IMG/VR virus record: IMGVR_UViG_3300049180_000029
Span: 1 to 41,030 of that record
Strand: one strand, 5' to 3'
DNA from: a virus
Taxonomy: Duplodnaviria; Caudoviricetes
Length of the DNA stretch: 41,030 bases
Shown in pieces: positions 32,799 to 40,746 of the stretch (within the stretch, counting starts at the first letter, position 1; the number at the start of each line of letters is the position of its first letter). Position numbers and translations under genes: made by a program. The notes beneath the pieces were generated by a model. The model ran no database searches. It saw nothing but the letters and a program-made list of their open reading frames with translations, and had not been told where the DNA came from.

Positions 32799-33457
32799 GC
32801 TGCTGCCCTCTCTGCTTCGCTGGCCCGAGCTGTTCGAGCCATTGAAATGAGGAGTTTCCGGAATGGCTCCGGTGTTCCGATACGAGCGGAACTGTCTGTG
32901 CCGCCGCCGCGGGCGCCGACCTCGCCGAGCCGCTTGGCGCGCTGCAGCCCCATGCGTTCTACAACGGCAGGATCGAAAGAGGGCTCACGGTAGCCCCATT
33001 CCAGAGACGGAAGGTCATCGATGCCGTAGGCAAGGATCAGCGTCGGCTTGCGCGCGTAATGCCCATACCGACCTTGTTCGACGCAGCACGTCCAGCCACC
33101 ATGATAATCAGCCATGATCCAGCCGCCGGCGCGATCAGGGGTGTTCAGATCGAAGTGAGGCCATGCAAGAGAGCCCCATGGATGCTCGATAACGCCGCCG
33201 TAGGTACGGGCTGCCTTGAGCGCAGCCGCAAAACAGCCTCCGTCATCTCCTAGCTTCTTGCGCTCTCCGGTTCGCTTCACAGTCAACGGCTGACCGAACC
33301 ACATTTTACCCCAACGCTGGCACGGCGGATGCGCCACCACCGGATAAGGGCCGACATAGGAACGTGCATCGCGGTCGATATCCCACGGGTCGACGCCTTC
33401 AAGACCGAAGTAGCCGCCGTTGGTTTCGACATAGAGTGCTGCTATCTTCTTGCTCAT
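32795..33457 (-). CDS. minimal DNA cytosine-C5 methyltransferase-like protein
   Basis: VVAHPPCQ (PC motif), VIEHP (ENV-like), ARKPT. Confidence 0.65.
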   Translation of the reverse strand: MSKKIAALYVETNGGYFGLEGVDPWDIDRDARSYVGPYPVVAHPPCQRWGKMWFGQPLTVKRTGERKKLGDDGGCFAAALKAARTYGGVIEHPWGSLAWPHFDLNTPDRAGGWIMADYHGGWTCCVEQGRYGHYARKPTLILAYGIDDLPSLEWGYREPSFDPAVVERMGLQRAKRLGEVGARGGGTDSSARIGTPEPFRKLLISMARTARASEAERAAA

Positions 33458-33499
33458 CGCGGCCTCCGCTGTATTTCGTGTTGGGTGGTGGGCTAGGGA

Positions 33500-33727
33500 T
33501 CAGTCGTCAGCGTCGTCGAAGATGTCTGGATATTGCTCCGCCATCAGCTCGTCGAACGCCTCATCGATACCCATGGATTCGTCTTGGGTGTCCCAATCGG
33601 CATCTTCGAGAGCCGTGATGATCGGCCCATAAATCTTCTTGCGGGCGTCTTTGTCTTTGACGTTCTCCGTTACCGCATCGATGACGGCATTCATGATTTC
33701 GCTTCCAGATGACCAGCCCATTGTCAT
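33500..33727 (-). CDS. acidic hypothetical protein
   Basis: MGWSSGS..EDADWDTQDES.GID; purine-rich RBS. Confidence 0.7.
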   Translation of the reverse strand: MTMGWSSGSEIMNAVIDAVTENVKDKDARKKIYGPIITALEDADWDTQDESMGIDEAFDELMAEQYPDIFDDADD

Positions 33728-33787
33728 TTCCCTTCGTTGTTGTGGTCGTTGTCGGAACCCAGAATCCAGTCGGCCCAGGTGATCCGT

Positions 33788-34252
33788 CTACCGGCGACCC
33801 TCCGCCAGTGTCTCGCCAGCCATCCCCGCATCAAAGGCGGCAATCTTTTCGTCCAGCGAAGCCAGACGGGTACGGAGTTCTCTTTGTTCACGCACGTGCT
33901 CCTCGATTAGCGCGGCCTTCAGGGCTTCCATCTCTTCACTGTCGATCCGGCGAGCTGTTCCCTCCCAGATCGACCTGACACGCCGAAGCGTGAATTGCTT
34001 TCGAACGCGACGGCTGATGAACTTGTGGGCTTCATAGAAAGCGCTCTCGACTTTCCCGTACCGCCGTGACGGGAATGCGTCTCTCAAGAGGCCCTGGGCC
34101 ATACATACGTCACTCATGCCCTTCTTCCTGTTTGGTTTGGTCGTGTCGTTGTTCGACAAGCCTGTGTTTTCGTTTGCCAGCACCTTGACGATCTCCTGTG
34201 CAAAATTGCCCTTGTTCAAGGAGCCCACACAGAGATGTCGAAGCACATTCAC
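33788..34252 (-). CDS. putative transcriptional regulator (CII position); start uncertain
   Basis: TLRRVRSIWEGTARRIDSEEM HTH-like segment plus coiled coil. Confidence 0.55.
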   Translation of the reverse strand: MNVLRHLCVGSLNKGNFAQEIVKVLANENTGLSNNDTTKPNRKKGMSDVCMAQGLLRDAFPSRRYGKVESAFYEAHKFISRRVRKQFTLRRVRSIWEGTARRIDSEEMEALKAALIEEHVREQRELRTRLASLDEKIAAFDAGMAGETLAEGRR

Positions 34253-34384
34253 ATTGCTAACGGAGAGACCCAGGGCCTTGCAGGGCCTTATGAGGCCTCT
34301 CCGTCGCGGCCCGCCGGGGTTACCCAGGAACCAGTAATTTTAGTATTCAGCCAGCGCCCCGCCGCCCGCAGCGTTTTGGCTGAT

Positions 34385-34504
34385 GAGAGCGATCTTGACG
34401 AAGGTGTCTCGTCGTTAGGATCGCTCTCGGTCTCATTGCTTGCGGAGTGGTCACTACCGCGGATGAAGTTGCTGCCGTCGCCGAGGGAGGCCAACGACGG
34501 CAGC
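34385..34504. other. cluster of three stem-loops in an apparently non-coding gap
   Basis: GAGAGCGATC/GATCGCTCTC; GCGG.GTG/CAC.CCGC; GCTGCCGTCG/CGACGGCAGC. Confidence 0.55.
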
Positions 34505-34517
34505 GCCTGACAGCCTC

Positions 34518-34703
34518 TCAGGGGTGGGAGGAGGAGAGCTGCCGAGGTTGGGAAAATTCGAGTATCAGGCCGTCAGCGAGGAGAGCTTCGATTTCGCCCT
34601 CATTGTCGCAGCTGGGGTAATTGAGTTCGAGATTGCGCTTGAGGAGCTTGCCGAGGGCAGAAGCGAAGGCCAGAGCTGCGATGGAGGCCAAAACGTATGT
34701 CAT
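34518..34703 (-). CDS. hypothetical protein with N-terminal hydrophobic segment
   Basis: ATGA-coupled. Confidence 0.55.
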   Translation of the reverse strand: MTYVLASIAALAFASALGKLLKRNLELNYPSCDNEGEIEALLADGLILEFSQPRQLSSSHP

Positions 34704-34903
34704 ATGCTTTCCCTTTCATGGACTTCTTTGGCAAAAGGCTGGAGCGCCTTGATGAGAGCTGGAATGTCTTCGAGGGGGATGGCAATCATTGGGGCTGCCG
34801 GGTGTCCATCAACCGATTTGGCTAGGACAACACAGCCGGCCGCCTTGGCGACGATCATGTCGTGGAAATCACGGAACTCGGACTTGATGATTGTCTCGCT
34901 CAT
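34700..34903 (-). CDS. hypothetical protein (67 aa; start MSETII)
   Basis: GGAGG RBS; ATGA-coupled. Confidence 0.65.
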   Translation of the reverse strand: MSETIIKSEFRDFHDMIVAKAAGCVVLAKSVDGHPAAPMIAIPLEDIPALIKALQPFAKEVHERESI

Positions 34904-35067
34904 GGCCCGACCTCCGTCAGCTTGTAGACCCCTTGGGAAGTGGTCATGTAGCCGAGCCGGACACGGGTGGCATCCTTGCTGTCGTAGGCGTTTGCTACCG
35001 TGAATGCTCCGATAATGAAGCCAACAACGAGGGCCAGCATTGACCATGCGAAAGGGTTATCGCTCAT
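34900..35067 (-). CDS. 55-aa membrane protein (not in ORF track)
   Basis: MSDNPFAWSMLALVVGFIIGAFTVANA...; GAGGGGAG RBS; coupled on both sides. Confidence 0.65.
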   Translation of the reverse strand: MSDNPFAWSMLALVVGFIIGAFTVANAYDSKDATRVRLGYMTTSQGVYKLTEVGP

Positions 35068-35393
35068 GCTCCCCTCTCCTGCTCGTCTAGGGTGGTGTTG
35101 GGAGTGGGGGGCGGAGGGGCGATATCAGGAGGACCGTTTATGCCGTCAGAATAGTAGGTGAATTCATCGTAGACGGGCTTGTTGTCGTCTTCCCAAGACG
35201 CGTCCTGAAAGCCGACGAGGTTCAGCCTCGATACCTTCCAAGTGATGCCGCCAGCGCCGGGGAATTCTTTGAGATGCTTTTCAGTAGCGACCTTGACAGC
35301 CTCTTGCGGGCTATCTGCATGGACTACGACGGCGCGACCTTCGTGTTCGTCGTCCCAAGGCCAGTCGCTGTCTGTGAGGGCGTAATAGCTCAT
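35064..35393 (-). CDS. acidic hypothetical protein
   Basis: GGAGGG RBS; coupled. Confidence 0.7.
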   Translation of the reverse strand: MSYYALTDSDWPWDDEHEGRAVVVHADSPQEAVKVATEKHLKEFPGAGGITWKVSRLNLVGFQDASWEDDNKPVYDEFTYYSDGINGPPDIAPPPPTPNTTLDEQERGA

Positions 35394-35710
35394 TTTTTTC
35401 CCTCCGAAGCAGCAAGAAGCTGGTCATGAGACGGGCCAACCAAAGAGATCGGATCGCCACCCGCCCAGCGGATAACCTGCCGCCATGCGTCATCGAGCGA
35501 TCGCCGGTGAATGTTGACGAGCGGTCTGTTTTTGACTTCGTCGTTCCACTTGAAAACGGCCCATTCGAGCAGTGGACTTCCTTCGGTGTTCGGCTCCGAA
35601 AGACCCGACGCTGGAAGGATGGTAATGCCACGAACCTGCACGTGCTCACCGCGCCGGAGAGCGGAGATTGTTTCTTCGCCGATGATGATCGTGCTTTCGC
35701 CGTCGCTCAT
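35390..35710 (-). CDS. hypothetical protein (start MSDGES)
   Basis: GGAG RBS; W..EVKNRPLVNIHRRSLDDAWRQ. Confidence 0.7.
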   Translation of the reverse strand: MSDGESTIIIGEETISALRRGEHVQVRGITILPASGLSEPNTEGSPLLEWAVFKWNDEVKNRPLVNIHRRSLDDAWRQVIRWAGGDPISLVGPSHDQLLAASEGKK

Positions 35711-36357
35711 GCTGCGTCTCCCGTCCTCGGCGCGCGGTCTTGGTTGGAGGCGGTTCGGGTCGGCGAACGTCGAGTGGGGACGCAATGAATTTCGGGGGAC
35801 TTAATAAGCTCGTCGAGGGCTGCGAATTCTTCCGCTGTGGGGCGGGCAGGAGTTCTTTTGCCAAAATACCCCCTGCGATAGCCGTTCCACCGATCCATAA
35901 TCGCGTCGATGTGATCAGGAGTCGTCATGTTCCGACCGCAAAGTTTGTCAGCGCGGATACGCGCATGTCGAAGCTTGGCATTGTAGGAAAGATATCCAAC
36001 AAGCCTTTCGTCGCTCACCCGTGGGCCGGTCTTTGTCGTCCTTATGGAGCCGCGATCATCATTGAAGTCCACTACCTCGGCGATCGTCTTGCCAGACATG
36101 AGGGCGTTGACTGCGGCAAGAAGCCTTGGGCCTGGATGAAACCACTCGCGGTGGGAATGATAATCAGCGAAGCAGCGGTGTATCGCGATCTCAAGCTTGT
36201 AGGAGCCCTGCTCGCTGTAGATAACTTCCAGCTTGAAAGGCGACCAGCCGCTGAGGACTTCCAGCCTTTCGTCGATACGCATCGAGCACCCGATCTTAAT
36301 CGGTCCGAGCATTCCGACAGGGCGCATGAAGTAAACGTATTGCCCCTTGTTGCTCAT
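35707..36357 (-). CDS. GIY-YIG superfamily (T5orf172/MUG113-like) protein
   Basis: YVYFM...PIKIGCS...RL ... LE..IHRCF....HREWF. Confidence 0.8.
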   Translation of the reverse strand: MSNKGQYVYFMRPVGMLGPIKIGCSMRIDERLEVLSGWSPFKLEVIYSEQGSYKLEIAIHRCFADYHSHREWFHPGPRLLAAVNALMSGKTIAEVVDFNDDRGSIRTTKTGPRVSDERLVGYLSYNAKLRHARIRADKLCGRNMTTPDHIDAIMDRWNGYRRGYFGKRTPARPTAEEFAALDELIKSPEIHCVPTRRSPTRTASNQDRAPRTGDAA

Positions 36358-36557
36358 GCCGCGCTCTCCCGAGCTGGCCGGAAAGCATCCGGGATCAAAT
36401 CCTCGCGGGAGATCCCGGTGAACTCCGAAACCTCCGGCAGATATTCAACCGGAATTTTCTTCCATTGTGAGATCGTCGACGGCTGCAAGCCGAGACGCTC
36501 AGCGAGCCTGACCTGTGTGCCGCGATTTGCTTTGAAGAATTCGTTGAGCTTTTCCAT
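36354..36557 (-). CDS. cro: Cro-like repressor (YdaS-like HTH)
   Basis: QVRLAERLGLQPSTISQWKKIP...TGISREDLIPDAF; divergent from the XRE repressor. Confidence 0.85.
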   Translation of the reverse strand: MEKLNEFFKANRGTQVRLAERLGLQPSTISQWKKIPVEYLPEVSEFTGISREDLIPDAFRPARESAA

Positions 36558-36563
36558 AGCGAC

Positions 36564-36645
36564 CATATTCAGTCAAAATGAAATTCAGTCAAGCAAAAAG
36601 TTTCAGTCGCGCGCTATGGAATGCATTTTTCTCTTGAGCGAAAAT
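36564..36645. promoter_or_regulatory. OR region: cro promoter (TTGACT-N17-AATATG, - strand) and operators TTCAGTCAANNNGAA-like
   Basis: Operator-like copies at 36568, 36584 and 36602, inverted copy at 36628. Confidence 0.75.
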
Positions 36646-36651
36646 TAGGGC

Positions 36652-36981
36652 ATGGGCACTCGCAAGAAAACAGAGCGGAATACGAACGGTCCTCGCCACT
36701 ACATCAGGCAGTGGAGGAAGTACCGCGGGCTCACCCAGGAGCAGCTCGCTGGACGGCTTGGCGTCGTCACGTCGAGCGTTTCTCAGCTTGAGACGGGGAA
36801 GCAGGGATATAGCCAGCCGGTTCTTGAGGAGCTTGCCGTCGCGCTGAACTGCAGCGTGACTGACCTGCTTGGCGTCGACCCGACCAAGGAAGGCGAAGTC
36901 GTCGATCTAATGCGGCTGATTAACGATCGAAACCGTGACCAGGCTATCCGAGTGCTGCGCGCACTGACCGGCACGGACTAG
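36652..36981 (+). CDS. cI: CI-like XRE repressor, 109 aa, without S24 peptidase domain
   Basis: IRQWRKYRGLTQEQLAGRLG..SSVSQLETGK...LAVALNCSVTDLL. Confidence 0.85.
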   Translation: MGTRKKTERNTNGPRHYIRQWRKYRGLTQEQLAGRLGVVTSSVSQLETGKQGYSQPVLEELAVALNCSVTDLLGVDPTKEGEVVDLMRLINDRNRDQAIRVLRALTGTD

Positions 36982-37187
36982 AGGATCTTCGAAACCAGAA
37001 CAAATTCCAGATCTTTGTCGACGGTGACCCGCCATTGGCCGCCGGCAAGCTTCCGCATGGTATCGGCTAGCTGCCCAGCTTCTTTGAGGCATACCTCCCG
37101 AGGGGACGATTTAGCTCTTGCAGGCCCGATGGCTGATGCTGCAACCCCCGCTGTAAGTGTTCTTATTATTTCTCGTCTTGTTTGCAT
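36978..37187 (-). CDS. small protein with twin-arginine-like signal peptide
   Basis: MQTRREIIRTLTAGVAASAIGPARA; GGAG RBS. Confidence 0.6.
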   Translation of the reverse strand: MQTRREIIRTLTAGVAASAIGPARAKSSPREVCLKEAGQLADTMRKLAGGQWRVTVDKDLEFVLVSKIL

Positions 37188-37400
37188 TTGGCGCGCTCTC
37201 CGCGATTCTTCATCTTAGGCTGAGGCTTTTTAGCAATTTATCAACTTCGAATGTGCGGTTTCAGACGCTTCTGCGCCGGATGGTTAACAGATCGGCACAC
37301 GATCGAGGCGATTTGTTGCCTTTGGATTCTGTGCTTTCGAAACACTGTCCCACCCTTCCAATTACTCCTCTCAGAGCAAGAATCTAAAATACAGGAGAGG

Positions 37401-37470
37401 TTATTAGATTAAGCCTTATTAGATTAGGTTTCAGTATCAGAAACTCATCTGATTTCAGTCTTTGAAACTC
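37401..37470. repeat. origin-like repeats: 2x TTATTAGATTA and 2x TTTCAGT-N4-GAAACTC
   Basis: 37401-37411 and 37416-37426; 37429-37446 and 37453-37470; AT-rich. Confidence 0.6.
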
Positions 37471-37825
37471 TGGGCTTCCTCCCGCCGGTCTTTTTGCGCT
37501 TCGCCGGCATTGCGTAATAGGCATCTCCTTCAGGGTCGATCGGCATACGCATCTGATACCGATGCGATCCGTGCTGCACTTTCGTGATGACGAGGAGCCG
37601 CGCCTTGTCCAGCCGCCTTATCGCTGCAGTCACAGTTCCGACGCCGACGCCAAGCTCATCCGCAATCGTCTTCACTCCCCACCACATGCTTCCGTCTCGG
37701 GGGTTGATCTTGCTTGCGATGAAATAGGCGACCCGGAAATCCCCATGGGTGAAGTCGCGGCGTGTTGCCAGGTAGTCCAGCCATTGCCCGCGAGCTGCGT
37801 AAAAATTCTGTTCATCTCTGTTCAT
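37445..37825 (-). CDS. winged-helix protein resembling the N-terminal DNA-binding domain of phage replication initiators
   Basis: DFRVAYFIA..N...MWWGVKTIADELGVGVGTVTAAIRRL..ARLL.....GSHRY. Confidence 0.7.
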   Translation of the reverse strand: MNRDEQNFYAARGQWLDYLATRRDFTHGDFRVAYFIASKINPRDGSMWWGVKTIADELGVGVGTVTAAIRRLDKARLLVITKVQHGSHRYQMRMPIDPEGDAYYAMPAKRKKTGGRKPRVSKTEIR

Positions 37826-37831
37826 CGCTCA

Positions 37832-37903
37832 TCAATAGGCCGAGAACAAATTTCAGTCAAAGCGAATTTTCGTCTTGACTGAATTTCAGTCGCTCGCTAT
37901 GTT
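37832..37903. promoter_or_regulatory. OL region: back-to-back promoters (TTGACT-N17-TATGTT on +; TTGACT-N17-TATTGA on -) overlapped by operators
   Basis: TTCAGTCAAAGCGAA at 37852; inverted TTCGTCTTGACTGAA at 37869; same motif as OR. Confidence 0.75.
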
Positions 37904-38037
37904 TGATCCTGCAAGCAACGCACTGATGCGATCTTCTCGAACCACGGAGGGCGTCATGTGAAGGGCAGCTAGCAGATAGCGGTGGGGCGCTAGCCGAGAA
38001 CATCTCCACCGCCAGAACAACGGATGAGGACGAGACG

Positions 38038-38259
38038 ATGACCAACCCGACAGAGCTTTCGAAGCAGTGCGAATACGACATGGATGCTGCCATTGGCGGC
38101 GCTTACGTCATGGACGATGGCCGCTCGTTCTGGGTCGACCACGCCACCGTGCGCGAAATCATGCGTCGGCTGCGTCCGATCGTCTGCGCCGAATGCGAGC
38201 GCAAGTATCTCGAAGGCACGCGGAACCCCAACACTGTTTCGGCAAGCGGCGGCGCCTGA
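38038..38259 (+). CDS. hypothetical protein (CxxC), first gene of the + strand early operon
   Basis: GAGG RBS; downstream of the PL-like promoter. Confidence 0.65.
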   Translation: MTNPTELSKQCEYDMDAAIGGAYVMDDGRSFWVDHATVREIMRRLRPIVCAECERKYLEGTRNPNTVSASGGA

Positions 38260-38261
38260 TC

Positions 38262-38619
38262 GCATTCGGCATCCTCCCTTCACTGCGGAGGATTTCGAAA
38301 ATGATCTGGAAACCGGGGATGAGAAGATGACGAAAGAAACGAGAGCTTGGGTCGATGGCGAGTGGATCTGCCTGTTTGTCAATGACGGCGTCTCGCAGGC
38401 TACTGTCAGCCTTACCGCTTCGGAAGCGTCATCTCTCGCCAGAGAGCTTTTGAGAGAAACTGAGGAAGCGTGCCCCGTATGCGGCAATGAGGAGCGTGGG
38501 CAAGGAGGCTACCTTTCTTGTGAATGCCCCGCTCCCAAAACCACGGGCGACGCCGCGTAACCACCAACCAACCCAGACCCGCCACTGCGGATCATCTGGA
38601 AACCGGAGTGAGACGATGA
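38262..38619 (+). repeat. two copies of a structured gene-start element (hairpin with CACTGCGGA + ATCTGGAAACCGG..TGAGA.GATGA)
   Basis: Copies at ~38281-38330 and ~38583-38619; partial copy at 39125-39138. Confidence 0.65.
38327..38560 (+). CDS. hypothetical protein with C-terminal Zn-ribbon (CPVC..CEC)
   Basis: Starts at the repeated gene-start element. Confidence 0.65.
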   Translation: MTKETRAWVDGEWICLFVNDGVSQATVSLTASEASSLARELLRETEEACPVCGNEERGQGGYLSCECPAPKTTGDAA

Positions 38620-38765
38620 GCGAGCAGCAGCTTCTCCCAAAGCACGAGCAGAAGCTTGGCGCCTATCTCATCGCGCTTTTTATCGACGCAGATTTCCTCA
38701 GGCAATGGCCTTTGGCTTGGACTGACAAGGGGCTCAAGGCCCGCAAGGAGACATTTAATGCCTAA
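38616..38765 (+). CDS. hypothetical protein (49 aa)
   Basis: GGAG RBS within the repeat element. Confidence 0.55.
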   Translation: MSEQQLLPKHEQKLGAYLIALFIDADFLRQWPLAWTDKGLKARKETFNA

Positions 38766-39066
38766 GTTCCGCAAGAAGCCTGTCGTCATCGATGCAGTCC
38801 TTTGGGACGGGAAGAATGTGCTGGAGGTCTACAGCTTTATTCACGGTGCACCAACGATCAGCAGCAACATCTCTAGCGACAAGTGGGACGATTTCACCCG
38901 CATGCACGAGGGCAAGGAGTGGCACATCAAGACGCTCGAAGACGGGGCGAACGAAGAGGCCAAGCACGTCGCCAGCGTTGGAGATTGGATCATTAGGGGC
39001 GTTGAGGGCGAATTCTACCCCTGCAAACCGAGAATATTTGCGGCCACTTACGAGCCTGTCGAGTAG
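38758..39066 (+). CDS. conserved phage protein (RKKPVV...GDWII.G..GEFYPCKP family)
   Basis: AAGGAG RBS; widely seen phage motif pattern. Confidence 0.8.
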   Translation: MPKFRKKPVVIDAVLWDGKNVLEVYSFIHGAPTISSNISSDKWDDFTRMHEGKEWHIKTLEDGANEEAKHVASVGDWIIRGVEGEFYPCKPRIFAATYEPVE

Positions 39067-39133
39067 CGCCTGACCTCCGCCACGGTCCTCCGGGGCCATT
39101 CAAAGAAGATCGAACAACGCAAGAGATGAGAAG

Positions 39134-39370
39134 ATGACGGACAGCAAGATTGAAGACGGCGGTCACGCTTTCCCAGTGTGCTTCGAAGGTGGCCAGAACA
39201 GCGGCGAGCAGCCGTATTTTCATGAGGGCATGAGCCTTCGCGACTGGTTCGCCGGCCAGGTGATCGGCCATCTCGCGGCATGCGACAATGGCGGCACGAT
39301 CCTGTCGGATGCGCAAGCAGCATATCACTATGCGGACTCCATGCTCGCCGCCCGAAAGGCAGGTGCGTGA
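39134..39370 (+). CDS. conserved phage protein (GG.AFP...GMSLRDWFA family)
   Basis: Motif plus AYHYADSMLAAR. Confidence 0.8.
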   Translation: MTDSKIEDGGHAFPVCFEGGQNSGEQPYFHEGMSLRDWFAGQVIGHLAACDNGGTILSDAQAAYHYADSMLAARKAGA

Positions 39371-39621
39371 TGGCGATTGCTATTCTCTTCAACGTTCAGG
39401 ACGCCTCGCACGGCACGGCTCTTTATCTCGACCGTGAATGCGAGTGGACGACTGATGCGGAAGCCGCCTTCTCCTACGAGGACGAGGAAGACGCGAACGC
39501 TGATGCCGACAAGCACGGCGGGGAGGTCTTTAGCTTTCAGTGCTGGCGTCCTGATCGGGGCGACTACAGCGAGGCAGCTCGGCTTGAGAGCTGGGCATCA
39601 CATCTTCAGGCGGCGGAGTAA
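39370..39621 (+). CDS. acidic hypothetical protein
   Basis: TGATG-coupled; start MAIAIL. Confidence 0.65.
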   Translation: MAIAILFNVQDASHGTALYLDRECEWTTDAEAAFSYEDEEDANADADKHGGEVFSFQCWRPDRGDYSEAARLESWASHLQAAE

Positions 39622-39626
39622 CGTCT

Positions 39627-39845
39627 ATGAACCAACCAATCATCCGCCGGCATCATCTGGCCGCCCTGCACCAGGCCAGCGCCGCCGAAGAGGCAGGCAG
39701 CGTCCGATATGGACTGACACGTCACCCGGCGATCGTCCTCGCCATCGCGGAGCGCACGATCGAGCACCAAGCATGGGCGGAGAAATACGCCGCCTATTCC
39801 AGGGAGCAGCTCGGGATTTCAGATGAACACCAGCTTTACGCCTGA
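39627..39845 (+). CDS. hypothetical protein
   Basis: GGAG RBS. Confidence 0.6.
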   Translation: MNQPIIRRHHLAALHQASAAEEAGSVRYGLTRHPAIVLAIAERTIEHQAWAEKYAAYSREQLGISDEHQLYA

Positions 39846-39855
39846 GGGAACCACA

Positions 39856-40320
39856 ATGAGCGACGCCTGTAAATTCTCCACCTATGGATACGCTTGCGGC
39901 AAGCCGGTCGAGCATGGCCGGTATCTTTGCGAAGAGCATTCTTCGGCAAAATGCAGGAGCTGCGGGCAGCCTGCGACACATGGATGTGACTTCTGCGGCC
40001 AGTTCGTCTGCGGAATGCCTCTTTGCGATGAATGCACCTATGGAGCCGATGAGAGCAAGTCGTCTGGTTCGTGGGGCTTCCTAAATCACATCCATGTCAG
40101 CAAGCCTGAGTTTTCCGACAAGCATGAGAACCGCCGGCTGCGGGAAGAACTCGCCGGTGCCATCGAGGAACGTGACCGGCTGCGGGAAGCGCTGAGACGC
40201 CAGTCCGACAACATGGCTTTCGTCATCAACCATCACTCGATGCACGGCAGTTGGTACGAAAAGTTCCAACGCGAACTGGAAGAAGACCGCGCCGCCCTCA
40301 ATCCGACAGGTGCGTCATGA
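39856..40320 (+). CDS. Cys-rich zinc-finger protein with coiled-coil tail
   Basis: Multiple CxxC/CxxH pairs; GAGGG RBS. Confidence 0.7.
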   Translation: MSDACKFSTYGYACGKPVEHGRYLCEEHSSAKCRSCGQPATHGCDFCGQFVCGMPLCDECTYGADESKSSGSWGFLNHIHVSKPEFSDKHENRRLREELAGAIEERDRLREALRRQSDNMAFVINHHSMHGSWYEKFQRELEEDRAALNPTGAS

Positions 40321-40544
40321 TCTTTTGCCAATTCCGTACCGAGCGTGAATGCGGTTGCCCCGCTGAAGCATGCGCCGTGCAGCCCGTTACCCCGGCGCCG
40401 GTCGTCATCCCATCACTCAAGACCCAGGCGATTGTCTGCCTGTTTCTCGGCTTCGTGGCGATGATTGGATCTGCTGCTTGGATGGAGAGCCAATACAGGA
40501 CCGACGATCGGACCAATCAGGAGAGCAGCTATGTCGCCCGCTGA
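40317..40544 (+). CDS. small Cys-containing membrane protein
   Basis: ATGA-coupled; TM segment AIVCLFLGFVAMIGSAAW. Confidence 0.6.
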   Translation: MIFCQFRTERECGCPAEACAVQPVTPAPVVIPSLKTQAIVCLFLGFVAMIGSAAWMESQYRTDDRTNQESSYVAR

Positions 40545-40746
40545 GTACCGCGATTTTGCCCTCAAGGCTTTCGAGATGGCCGAGGAATACCGCATCGAGG
40601 CCAAGACATCAACGCCAGCGCGAGCCGCATTGCTTTTGAGATGGGCCGATCAGCGTGACGCCGATGCTTGGCATTACCTCGATCGCGCCGACATCGACGA
40701 AGATTTCAACCGCCGGCATGCGCCGAAGCACGAAAGGGCTGCATGA
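40531..40746 (+). CDS. hypothetical protein (start MSPAEY)
   Basis: AGGAG RBS; ATGA-coupled to the next gene. Confidence 0.6.
   Translation: MSPAEYRDFALKAFEMAEEYRIEAKTSTPARAALLLRWADQRDADAWHYLDRADIDEDFNRRHAPKHERAA

Noticed and set aside
35707-36357. Toxin-antitoxin pair formed by the YdaS-like gene and the GIY-YIG gene
   Set aside because: The YdaS-like gene is the Cro of the switch by position and operators; the nuclease is more simply an inserted accessory gene
37810-37823. Alphaproteobacterial LexA box
   Set aside because: GTTC-N6-GTTC spacing rather than N7, and it lies inside the coding start
38758-39066. Anti-defence (Tad2-like) assignment for the RKKPVV protein
   Set aside because: Only a vague resemblance; cannot be supported without a structure search
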